A stretch of 64,000 nucleotides of DNA from Fimbriimonadaceae bacterium (GTDB taxonomy: Bacteria; Armatimonadota; Fimbriimonadia; Fimbriimonadales; Fimbriimonadaceae), in contig JBFWOL010000005.1 in the NCBI GenBank assembly GCA_050250535.1, positions 31,735-95,734 on the forward strand. The letters run 5' to 3'. Shown in pieces: positions 1 to 8,324 of this stretch. The translations under genes and the position numbers were made by a program. The notes beneath the pieces were generated by a model. The model was not told where the DNA came from and searched no databases. It saw only the letters and a program-made list of their open reading frames with translations. How positions within the stretch are numbered: position 1 is the stretch's first letter; every line of letters starts with the position of its first letter.

Positions 1-1659
1 ACGTACCGTGGCATCTTTGGCTGCCACGTGGGCCTCGTGATTCGCAGACTGCGTCGGATGTGCGACTGGATGAAAAACAGTCCCCAGTTCGTGCTGACGA
101 GTGCGACCATGGCCGACCCGTTACGGACTGCGCACGACCTCACGGGCCTTCCGTTCGAGGCTGTGACCGAAGATGGTGGGCCCCAAGGAAAACGGACGCT
201 GGTCACCGTACCGAACGTGCTGGACGGGCCGAGTCCGAACGCCCTGGCCTCCCACCTTCTTGCGCGGCTTTCCGCACGAGGGATACGAACGCTCGCTTTC
301 GGCCGGTCTCGCCCTTCAGTCGAGCTGATGGCCCGCTCGGCCAAGCGTGCGCTCAAGGACGCCCGGCTGGATCCCGCGATGGTCGATCCCTACCGTGCGG
401 GCTACACCCCAAAGGAGCGACGGGAGATCGAAAGGCAGCTCTTTGAGGGACGATTAGTCGGCCTGGCGGCTACCAGCGCAATGGAACTGGGCATTGACGT
501 GGGCGAGTTGGCTTGCGTGTTGGTGAACGGCTATCCCGGTGCCGTCTCCAGGTTCTGGCAGCAGGCAGGGAGGGCCGGTCGGGCGGGAAAGGACGCCGTC
601 GTCGTCTATGTGGCGCACGCGGACGCACTGGAGAACCTCCTTGCCGAAGAACCTGACCGACTCGTGGACGGTGCCTTGGAGCAAGGGATCCTGAAGCTGG
701 ACAACCCCTATGTCGCGGCTGGCCAGCTGCGTTGCGCGGCCTATGAAAGGCCGGTGGCCGAGGAGGAACTCGATGTGCTGGGCCCAGGCGCGTCACAGGC
801 TGCCGAGACCTTGGTCGAGTCTGGGTTGGCCGTCCAGGCGAGGGGGCTGTTGCTCGTCCCCGACCATCTCTCGCCTGCGCGAAGTATCGGGCTGAGGTCC
901 GCCGAGTCAGACTCGGTGTCATTGAGCGTTGGCGGAAGCGTCCTAGGCGAGATGGAGCGGTGGCGGGCGATGAGGGAGGCACACCCGGGGGCCGTCTATC
1001 TTCACCGTGCCCAGCCCTATCTGGTGCGAGAGCTCGACCTCGCCCACGGAACCGCGCGCGTGGAGCCGACCGACGTTCCGTACTTCACCCGCCCGATCGT
1101 GCAGACCCTTGTACTGTCCAAAGTGGAACTCGAGCAGGAAGGAAGGTGGCGCCTTGACGCGGTGCAGGTGACGACGTCGGTCGTCGGATATCGAAGGCTC
1201 AGTCTGGAAGGCGCAGAGCTGCTGGCCGAAGAGCCCCTCCAACTGCCGCCTCACGAGCTCGATACGCTCGGAGCACGGCTCGATCTTGGCGGCCTTGTCC
1301 CGAGCGCGTCGCCCGAGGCTGTGCATGCCCTGGAGCACTGCCTCGCCGCGATGGCTCCGCTGGCCACGGGATGCGACAGGAACGACGTCTCCACGGCCTG
1401 GGCCGTTGTGGCCCCGGACACAATGGAGCCGGTCGTCTATGTTCTCGATACGGTGCCCGGCGGTACCGGGATCGCGGAAGAGGCGTACCGGCGGAGATCC
1501 AACCTATTGGAGGGGGGGCTTGCGCTGCTTGAGGCGTGCCGGTGTCCGGACGGGTGCCCAAAGTGCCTCCTCTCTCCTCAGTGCGAGGCGGGCAACGCGG
1601 GCCTGGACAAGCCAGGCGCAGTCGCCCTGCTCAGGATCCTCCAAGAGCCGACTTCATGA
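1..1659 (+). CDS. DEAD/DEAH-box helicase, MrfA/YprA (Lhr-like) family with C-terminal DUF1998 Zn-ribbon; 5'-partial (continues upstream of window)
   Basis: Frame is open from nt 1. Helicase motifs SAT (VLTSATMADP) and motif VI-like region; C-terminal CRCPDGCPKCLLSPQCEAGN four-Cys module typical of DUF1998. Confidence 0.75.
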   Translation, partial: TYRGIFGCHVGLVIRRLRRMCDWMKNSPQFVLTSATMADPLRTAHDLTGLPFEAVTEDGGPQGKRTLVTVPNVLDGPSPNALASHLLARLSARGIRTLAFGRSRPSVELMARSAKRALKDARLDPAMVDPYRAGYTPKERREIERQLFEGRLVGLAATSAMELGIDVGELACVLVNGYPGAVSRFWQQAGRAGRAGKDAVVVYVAHADALENLLAEEPDRLVDGALEQGILKLDNPYVAAGQLRCAAYERPVAEEELDVLGPGASQAAETLVESGLAVQARGLLLVPDHLSPARSIGLRSAESDSVSLSVGGSVLGEMERWRAMREAHPGAVYLHRAQPYLVRELDLAHGTARVEPTDVPYFTRPIVQTLVLSKVELEQEGRWRLDAVQVTTSVVGYRRLSLEGAELLAEEPLQLPPHELDTLGARLDLGGLVPSASPEAVHALEHCLAAMAPLATGCDRNDVSTAWAVVAPDTMEPVVYVLDTVPGGTGIAEEAYRRRSNLLEGGLALLEACRCPDGCPKCLLSPQCEAGNAGLDKPGAVALLRILQEPTS

Positions 1660-2476
1660 ACCCGGTCGCCTTGGCGAAGGCGTCCTTGGCGTCTTCGTTG
1701 TCATAGGCTTTCGAACTGGGGTTGCTGAAGGCGTGGTCGGCTTCGTACGCCTCGACGGTCAACGTCTTTCCCGCCTTTTCCATGGCTTCCTTGAACCCGT
1801 CCACCATCGCCTTGTTGATCCACTGATCCTTGGTGGGCCATACCATGAGAACAGGTGCGCGGAGCTTGGCCAGTTCGCCCTGGTCGGTGACCGGTTGACC
1901 GTAATAGATGACGCACGCCTTGACGGCATCTCCACCGAGGATCGCTGTGCGGTGCGACCAGCCGCCGCCGAAGCAAAAGCCTACCGTCGCCAGCTTGGCG
2001 TCCTTCGCCAGCCCGCCGTTCCGGAGCACGGCGAGCGCGCCTTGGACGACCTTGTTGGCTCGATCCGTGTCCACGGCACGCATGTATTCTCCGGCTTGCG
2101 CCGCATCGGTCGCGACCTTGCCCTCGTAGAGGTCAATGGCGAGGGCGGCCCCACCGATTGCAGCCGCATACTCGTCAGCAACCTTGCGGACGTAATCGTT
2201 CAGCCCCCACCACTCGTGGATCACGACCACGACTCGGTCGGGATCCTCTTCGGTGGCGACCCAGTATCCGCGCCCGCCATTGGGATCTCCGTCTACCTCA
2301 AAACGTACTTCCTCGCCTCGGAGCCCGGTCACCGGCTTGTCGCTGAGGGTATGGGCGGCGTGGAAGTCGGAGTCCCCGGAGTGCGCAGTGAGCGCGTCCT
2401 TGGCCGGGTTACACCCGCAGGCCGCGAGAAGTACGGCCACAAGGATCGTCAGGGTCAGGTGGGTCGTGGCGTCCAT
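1631..2476 (-). CDS. dienelactone hydrolase family lipoprotein
   Basis: Signal peptide with lipobox LLAACGC; alpha/beta-hydrolase DLH-like core (VIHEWWGLNDY, GFCFGG). Confidence 0.7.
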   Translation of the reverse strand: MDATTHLTLTILVAVLLAACGCNPAKDALTAHSGDSDFHAAHTLSDKPVTGLRGEEVRFEVDGDPNGGRGYWVATEEDPDRVVVVIHEWWGLNDYVRKVADEYAAAIGGAALAIDLYEGKVATDAAQAGEYMRAVDTDRANKVVQGALAVLRNGGLAKDAKLATVGFCFGGGWSHRTAILGGDAVKACVIYYGQPVTDQGELAKLRAPVLMVWPTKDQWINKAMVDGFKEAMEKAGKTLTVEAYEADHAFSNPSSKAYDNEDAKDAFAKATGFMKSALGGS

Positions 2477-2497
2477 ACCGGTATTCTACGCGCTCCG

Positions 2498-3526
2498 ATG
2501 ATCGTTGTCATGCAGCTTGGTGCCACCCAGGAGCAGATCGACGCTGTCTGTAAGGTCATCCGCGACCACGGCCACGAGCCGCTCGTCCTGCCTGGCCAGG
2601 ATCGCCTCGCGGTCGGTGTCCCCGACTCTCTCGGTTCCGACGAGCGTTCCTCGATCGAGGGTCAAATTGCGCGGCTTGAGGGCGTGAGCAAAGTCACGCA
2701 AACGTCGAGTCCGTATAAGTTAGCCAGCAGAGAGTTCCATAGGATCGGCACCAAGGTAGAGGTCGGGCCCGTAACTTTCGGTGGAGGGAAGTTTGTCGTG
2801 ATTGCCGGGCCGTGCTCGGTTGAGTCCTATGATCAGTTCAGCACGTCGGCAGACATCGTCAAGCAAGCCGGGGGGACGGTCCTTCGCGGCGGGGCGTTCA
2901 AGCCACGCACGTCGCCTTACTCCTTTCAAGGCCTCCAGGTCGAGGGCCTGCAGATCATCAAACAGGTGGGAAAAGAGACTGGCCTCACGACGATCAGCGA
3001 AGTGATGACCGCGGACATGGTGGGCACGGTCGCCGAGTATGTGGACATCCTCCAGATCGGTGCCCGCAGCATGCAAAACTTCCCGCTCTTGATCCAGGCA
3101 GGGCAAAGCCGCAAGCCGGTCTTCCTGAAGCGCGGGCCGAGCGCGACGATCGACGAGTTTCTCTTGGCGGCCGAGTACCTGCTCAACCAGGGCAACGACC
3201 AGGTGATCCTTTGCGAGCGGGGAATCATGCCGCTCGACCGCGCCTACACGAGGAACACGCTCGACCTTGCCGCGGTGCCCGTCCTCAAAGAGAACACGCA
3301 CTTGCCAGTCGTGGTAGATCCCTCGCACGGTACCGGGGTTGCGCGGTATGTGGAGCCAATGGCCAAGGCGGCGCTTGTGGCCGGGGCAGACGGGATCATG
3401 GTCGAGACGCACCCGGAGCCGTTGACTGCACTCAGCGACGCAGGCCAGGCGCTGGATCCGGTGCAGTTCCGGGGGTTGATGGATTCCCTCCGCACGTTGG
3501 CGCCAGTTTGTGGGACGTCCCTCTAG
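2498..3526 (+). CDS. 3-deoxy-7-phosphoheptulonate (DAHP) synthase, type I-beta, with N-terminal ferredoxin-like regulatory domain
   Basis: KPRTSPYSFQG motif and TIM-barrel aldolase core. Only the 3' 343 codons of track ORF 1286..3526 are coding (the 5' part is antisense to the DLH gene). ATG at 2498 is in frame. Confidence 0.8.
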   Translation: MIVVMQLGATQEQIDAVCKVIRDHGHEPLVLPGQDRLAVGVPDSLGSDERSSIEGQIARLEGVSKVTQTSSPYKLASREFHRIGTKVEVGPVTFGGGKFVVIAGPCSVESYDQFSTSADIVKQAGGTVLRGGAFKPRTSPYSFQGLQVEGLQIIKQVGKETGLTTISEVMTADMVGTVAEYVDILQIGARSMQNFPLLIQAGQSRKPVFLKRGPSATIDEFLLAAEYLLNQGNDQVILCERGIMPLDRAYTRNTLDLAAVPVLKENTHLPVVVDPSHGTGVARYVEPMAKAALVAGADGIMVETHPEPLTALSDAGQALDPVQFRGLMDSLRTLAPVCGTSL

Positions 3527-4839
3527 CCCGGGTTGGGAAGGATCTTCGCATGGCCGTCCGCGAAGACGACCGCCCGCCCGCCCTTCACCGGGATGTAACC
3601 CACCTCGGTCTCCGATGGGAACTGTATAGAGTTCCAGTCCCTTTCGCCAAGGGTGAACACAAAGCCGTCCAGCATTTCGGAAGAAAGAAGATAGGGCTCT
3701 AGCGCAGATCGTAGTGACTCCGCCGAGGGCATTGCTCCGTCGTAGTCTGCGGCGTACAGGTGGAGCGCCGTCCCGACCTCCTTCGCACGGATCACGGCCT
3801 TGGTTCTCTCGATCGCCTCGCGCCGCTCCACGATGTACTCTCGGTCGACGACCTGAATGTTCCGGACGTACAGGCCACCGCGGATCGCGTAAGCGATCCA
3901 CGACCATCTTGGGTCAGCGCGGAACTGCACAGCCTCGGTCGCGACCAAGGCCTTGTCGGCCCCTTCCTCACCTTCGGCCTCGATCCATAGCGAACCGAGC
4001 GCCCGCGACCCTCCGGCCGTATGAAGCCGCGAGGCCTTTCCCTGGAGCGAAAACCCGTCGAAGCGAGGGTTCCGGGACCACGGGATCGCTTCGATCGGTA
4101 CGGGAACAAGCCGCTTCTCGACAGCGTCCGCCGTGATGCCCTCAGAGCGGCCGTAGGGGACGCATACGAAGAACCCGCGTCGATCCTGCTTCCACTCGCT
4201 GTGGAAGAGTTCGGGGCGCTCACTCCACGGGAGCCACAACAAGCCGTCGTCACCAGAGGGCACCGCGACCCACGATGGGCCGTGCGGCACGTTCCACGTG
4301 AACAAACCGATTGGGAATGAGGGCGCGGAGTCGACGTACGTCGGCTGGGCCCGCGAGTACGGGACGCCGGCGATCGAGGGTGGCAAAGGCACGTTGGTCG
4401 TGGATCGCAATTGAAGGTCGTGCCGCTGAACCCGTAACTGGGCCGATCCCTCTGCCATGTCGTACTGGCACCAGAACATGTAGAGGTACCTGCCGCTCGG
4501 CGACCACGCAAAGGCCAGGGAGTCTTCGTCCCACTTACGTACCTTCCAGGAGTGGCCGGTCCGGAAGTCCACGACCATGTACCACCGTTCCGTGGCGTCG
4601 GACTCTTCCTCGGAGAGCACCTTGCCGGGCTGGTCGGGCCCACTCGCGGACTCATAGACGGCGTGCCCCGTGTATTGGCTGAGGACGAACTGCCCCTCGC
4701 GGGCCAAGCTCTCGGGCACGACCTGTCTGGCACCGCCGATCACGAGCCCAATCTCTTTCCCGAGCACCATCGCGTCTTCGAGGGCCAGGGTGTCTTGCGA
4801 CACTACCCAGGCGAGGGTGGCCAAAAGAGTCGCACTCAT
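3523..4839 (-). CDS. secreted hypothetical protein, Trp-rich, with degenerate prepilin-associated HX9DG-like C-terminus (VVFADGH)
   Basis: N-terminal signal-like segment; C-terminal GGRAVVFADGHAKIL resembles the DUF1559/HX9DG tail but lacks the His and the prepilin N-terminus. Confidence 0.5.
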   Translation of the reverse strand: MSATLLATLAWVVSQDTLALEDAMVLGKEIGLVIGGARQVVPESLAREGQFVLSQYTGHAVYESASGPDQPGKVLSEEESDATERWYMVVDFRTGHSWKVRKWDEDSLAFAWSPSGRYLYMFWCQYDMAEGSAQLRVQRHDLQLRSTTNVPLPPSIAGVPYSRAQPTYVDSAPSFPIGLFTWNVPHGPSWVAVPSGDDGLLWLPWSERPELFHSEWKQDRRGFFVCVPYGRSEGITADAVEKRLVPVPIEAIPWSRNPRFDGFSLQGKASRLHTAGGSRALGSLWIEAEGEEGADKALVATEAVQFRADPRWSWIAYAIRGGLYVRNIQVVDREYIVERREAIERTKAVIRAKEVGTALHLYAADYDGAMPSAESLRSALEPYLLSSEMLDGFVFTLGERDWNSIQFPSETEVGYIPVKGGRAVVFADGHAKILPNPG

Positions 4840-4851
4840 GATGTCAGTGTA

Positions 4852-6063
4852 TCATGGCGAGCGCAAACCTGCGGCTCGTTCCAGCAGCCACACTGCGCAG
4901 CCGAGTTTGGGCATGAGCCCAGACCTCTCTTCGGTGTCCTTCGTGACCCAAATGAGCTCGTTCGTGTCGGCCTCCATCCCCCTGCCATTCGCTGAGACGT
5001 CGTTGAGGGCCACCGCGTCAACCCGCTTCCCGGCCAACTTCCTGCGGGCCTCGTCCGCACCTTCGCCGTATTCGGCGGCAAACGCGACCTTCACTGCACT
5101 CGGAACCGCGGCCGCGAGCGCGGCGATGACGTCTGGGTTTTCGACCAGGTCCAAGCTCCAGCCTCCCCCCCGCTTCCGCTTTCCCTGCACGGCCTCGGAG
5201 GGACGGTAGTCGGCCACAGCGGCGACGCCAACGACCAGGTCCGTGCCCTTGGATTCGGCGAGCGCTGCCTCGAGCATCTCGACCGCAGTCGTGACCCTGA
5301 CCGTCCTCGCGCCGAGTGGTAGCGGCTCGCGCTGCGGGCCGGCTACGACGGTTACCTCGGCACCCAACAGGAGTCCGGCCCGCGCTACGGCCGATCCCAT
5401 CTTTCCGCTCGAGCGGTTACCGATGTAGCGCACGGCGTCCATCGGCTCCCTTGTCGGGCCCGAGGTGACGAGGATCTTGCGCCCCTCCCAGAGCCGCGAG
5501 CGGACGAGCACCGATCCTACGGCCTCGATGATGCTCGGCACGGAGGCCAACTTGCCCTGCCCGTTCTCCCCGCAGGCGACATCGCCCTCCGTGGGCTCGA
5601 CCACCGCTGCCGCCCGGCCGCGGAGAGTCTCCAGGGCGGAGCGGACGGCATCCGACGCGTACATTTGAGGATTCATAGCAGGGGCGACGACGATAGGTGC
5701 CGTGGTGGCAAGCAGGGCCGTGCCGAGCATGTCCTCCGCACGACCCGAGGCAACCCGTACGATAGAGTCGGCGGTCGCCGGAGCCAGTACGACGACGTCC
5801 GCCCACCGTGCCCAGTCAATGTGGGCCATCCTTCCCGTTTCAGGCTCGTCGAACGTGTCAACTAGGCATGGCTGGCCCGTGAGTGCCTCGAAAAGCGCGG
5901 GTGTAACGAACTCGGCCGCGGAGCGGGTAAGCAGGGTGCGAACGGTGTGACCCGAACGCATCATCTCACGGGCAAGATCCCCGGCCCGATAGGCGGCGAT
6001 ACTGCCGGTCACTCCTAGGAGAACGTTAGCCACCGGTGAGCTCCATGATTTTGCTGACGGCAC
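4852..6063 (-). CDS. coaBC: bifunctional phosphopantothenoylcysteine decarboxylase / phosphopantothenate-cysteine ligase
   Basis: Flavoprotein domain (NVLLGVTGSIAAY) followed by DFP/CoaB domain (ILVTSGPTREPMD..RYIGNRSSGKMG). Start uncertain; a GTG near 6033 would reduce the overlap with gmk. Confidence 0.85.
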   Translation of the reverse strand: MPSAKSWSSPVANVLLGVTGSIAAYRAGDLAREMMRSGHTVRTLLTRSAAEFVTPALFEALTGQPCLVDTFDEPETGRMAHIDWARWADVVVLAPATADSIVRVASGRAEDMLGTALLATTAPIVVAPAMNPQMYASDAVRSALETLRGRAAAVVEPTEGDVACGENGQGKLASVPSIIEAVGSVLVRSRLWEGRKILVTSGPTREPMDAVRYIGNRSSGKMGSAVARAGLLLGAEVTVVAGPQREPLPLGARTVRVTTAVEMLEAALAESKGTDLVVGVAAVADYRPSEAVQGKRKRGGGWSLDLVENPDVIAALAAAVPSAVKVAFAAEYGEGADEARRKLAGKRVDAVALNDVSANGRGMEADTNELIWVTKDTEERSGLMPKLGCAVWLLERAAGLRSP

Positions 6064-6574
6064 GCTCGACTTCGTCGTTCACGACGATGGCGTCGTACTG
6101 CTCTGCGGCCTTCATCTCCCTGTGCGCGTTCCGTAACCGCCTCTGGATGGTCGCCTCCGAGTCTGTTTTGCGTTGCCGGAGACGCCGCTCCAGTTCCTCC
6201 ATTGAGGGGGGGGCCAAGAAGACGAGGAGCACGTCTGGCCTCAGTTCGCGGATGGCCAGGCCGCCTTGGACGTCGATTTTGAGGACGGTGACCCTCCCTT
6301 CCGAGAGGAGCCTCTCGACATGGGCCGTTGGGGTGGCATACATCTCGCCGTGGACCTCCTTGGCTTCGAGGAACTGGCCCGCCTGTCTCCGTCGCTCGAA
6401 CTCCTCCTTGTCCAGGAACACGTAGTCCTTGCCGTTGGCCTCTCCGTCCCGAGGTTTTCGGGTCGTGGCGGAGACAACGCGAGCGACCCTGGGGTCGCGT
6501 GCCGCCCAGGCATCGAAGACGGTGTCCTTCCCTACGCCACTGGGCCCGCTGAGCACAACGAGCCTTCCCGTCAT
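6026..6574 (-). CDS. gmk: guanylate kinase
   Basis: P-loop VLSGPSGVGKDTV and full-length GK homology. Confidence 0.9.
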   Translation of the reverse strand: MTGRLVVLSGPSGVGKDTVFDAWAARDPRVARVVSATTRKPRDGEANGKDYVFLDKEEFERRRQAGQFLEAKEVHGEMYATPTAHVERLLSEGRVTVLKIDVQGGLAIRELRPDVLLVFLAPPSMEELERRLRQRKTDSEATIQRRLRNAHREMKAAEQYDAIVVNDEVERAVSKIMELTGG

Positions 6575-7893
6575 GTGTGCACCAGCTCTACGATCTTGGC
6601 GGCCACGCGCATGGCGTCATGACGCACGTAGTCGGTTTCATTCATGAAGTCGCCCGTGATGACGCGGTAACCCATGGAGCGGAGGCGGTCCACGTCGGGG
6701 ACCACGATATCCTGGCCCGATCCCTTGTACCGGTCGAGGATCTCGGTGCTCGGCGTGGCGGTGTTCACGATCACGTAGTCGCACACCCGGCCATGGACGT
6801 TGGCCTGGACTGCGACCAAGTGCTCGGCTGCGGTGAAGGACTCGCTCTCGCCTACCTGGGTCATGACGTTGCATACGTAGACGCGTGGGGCTTCGCACTC
6901 TTCCAGCGCTTCGGCGAGGCCGCCCACCAAAAGGTTAGGAATGATGCTGGTAAAGACGCTGCCGGGGCCGATACAGACGACGTCCGCTTCCTTGATCGCC
7001 TGGATCGCGTCAGGGTGGGCGGCGGGGCTGGCCGGATCGATGTAGACACGCCGCACGCGTTGCCCGGAGTCCACGATCGCGGTCTCTCCGCAGATCTCGC
7101 GTCCGTCTTCCATCAGGGCCTTGAGGTGGACCTTCTCCTTGGTCGAGGGCACGACGCGGCCCCGGATCGACAAGACCTCGCCCACCATCTCGATCGCTTC
7201 GTCGAAGTCTCCTCCTGCCCGCTCCAGGAAGCCGGCCAGCAGCAGGTTTCCTACCGAATGGCCGCTCAGCGAGCCGCTCGCTGCAGAGAACCTATGCTGG
7301 AAGAGGTCGGTCATGAGCCTCTCTGCATCGGCGAGGGCGACGAGGCAGTTGCGGATGTCGCCGGGAGGCAGGATGCCCATCTCGCGGCTGAGCCTGCCGC
7401 TGCTGCCCCCATCGTCGGTGACGGTGACCACGGCGGTGATGTTGCGCGTGTACTGCTTGAGGCCGCGCAGCAGTGTGCTCAGACCGGTGCCTCCTCCGAT
7501 CGCGACGATCTTCGGGCCGTTGGCGAGCAGTTGTTTGTGCCGGTAGCTGTCGAAGGCGCCGGAGATCAGGGTCGGATCGGTGTTGCGGAGCAAACGGTTG
7601 CGGGCGTCGCTCCATGCCTTCACGCCAAGGAGAATGCCGAGGAACAAGAGGAGCCCGCCCAGCAGATGGTTCGTGTCCTCGATGCTGGCGGACGGCATGA
7701 ACTGGGAAAGAAGCCGGTTCCATTCCCCGGCGACCCGGTCGGCCATCGGTTTGAGGAAGAGCTGGAAGCTGAGCACCAGCCCGATCAGAAAGAGGAGGAC
7801 GCCCGCCACCCCCAGGAAAAAGTAGCGCCGCAAGCCCCGGACAGGGGCGACGAGACGCTCGATCTTTCCCTGGAGAGGGCGCCGCCTAGTCAT
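6571..7893 (-). CDS. yvcK: YvcK/CofD-family gluconeogenesis factor with ~110-aa N-terminal two-helix membrane extension
   Basis: KIVAIGGGTGLSTLLRGL...VTVTDDGGSSGRL core of UPF0052/CofD family; N-terminus has two hydrophobic helices; 4-nt overlap with gmk. Confidence 0.8.
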   Translation of the reverse strand: MTRRRPLQGKIERLVAPVRGLRRYFFLGVAGVLLFLIGLVLSFQLFLKPMADRVAGEWNRLLSQFMPSASIEDTNHLLGGLLLFLGILLGVKAWSDARNRLLRNTDPTLISGAFDSYRHKQLLANGPKIVAIGGGTGLSTLLRGLKQYTRNITAVVTVTDDGGSSGRLSREMGILPPGDIRNCLVALADAERLMTDLFQHRFSAASGSLSGHSVGNLLLAGFLERAGGDFDEAIEMVGEVLSIRGRVVPSTKEKVHLKALMEDGREICGETAIVDSGQRVRRVYIDPASPAAHPDAIQAIKEADVVCIGPGSVFTSIIPNLLVGGLAEALEECEAPRVYVCNVMTQVGESESFTAAEHLVAVQANVHGRVCDYVIVNTATPSTEILDRYKGSGQDIVVPDVDRLRSMGYRVITGDFMNETDYVRHDAMRVAAKIVELVHT

Positions 7894-8269
7894 CCTTCTT
7901 ATCTTTGACGAACGCGCCGAGCGCTGCGGACACGGCGGCGACCAGGATGCTTCCTAGGAGAGCGGGAAGGAACCCGTTCACGGTGAGTCCCAGGTTCAAC
8001 GAGCCGACAACCATCAGCATCGCGGCGTTGACCACGAGCGAGAAAAGCCCTAGAGTAAGGCAATTGAGCGGGAGTGCGATCAGTTTGATCAGCCGTCCGA
8101 GCGTGGCGTTCAGCAGTGACAGTAACCCTGTGGCGAGGAAGAGAGAGACCACGTCGCCCGCTCCCTTCAGTTCCACCACGAACCCGCCCGGCAGCACCAT
8201 CGAAGTGAGCAAGGCTGCCGCTACGACGGACACCGCAAGAACGATCCAGTTCAGGAAGAAGCGCCTCAT
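7886..8269 (-). CDS. phage-holin-4_2 / DUF360 (YvlD-like) family membrane protein
   Basis: 127 aa with four hydrophobic helices and a KDKKDD tail, typical of the YvlD family; overlaps yvcK by 8 nt. Confidence 0.65.
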   Translation of the reverse strand: MRRFFLNWIVLAVSVVAAALLTSMVLPGGFVVELKGAGDVVSLFLATGLLSLLNATLGRLIKLIALPLNCLTLGLFSLVVNAAMLMVVGSLNLGLTVNGFLPALLGSILVAAVSAALGAFVKDKKDD

Positions 8270-8324
8270 CTCCTCCTATTCTGACAGGCTCGACGCGAGG
8301 GCAAGAGCCATACTCTCGAGAGCG

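Noticed and set aside
1286-2497. 5' two-thirds of the 746-aa track ORF 1286..3526
   Set aside because: Antisense to the dienelactone hydrolase gene and Arg/Pro-rich; only 2498..3526 (DAHP synthase) is coding.
6577-7908. 443-aa ORF antisense to yvcK (and similar long antisense ORFs 9531..10448, 20855..21865, 26616..27521, 33195..34001, 44484..45371, 46675..47577, 61935..63356)
   Set aside because: Typical high-GC antisense open frames with His/Asp/Val/Arg-rich low-complexity translations; the opposite strand encodes well-conserved proteins.
7905-8324. N-terminal 140 codons of the track MutS ORF
   Set aside because: Antisense to the holin-like gene; MutS homology begins at ATG 8325.
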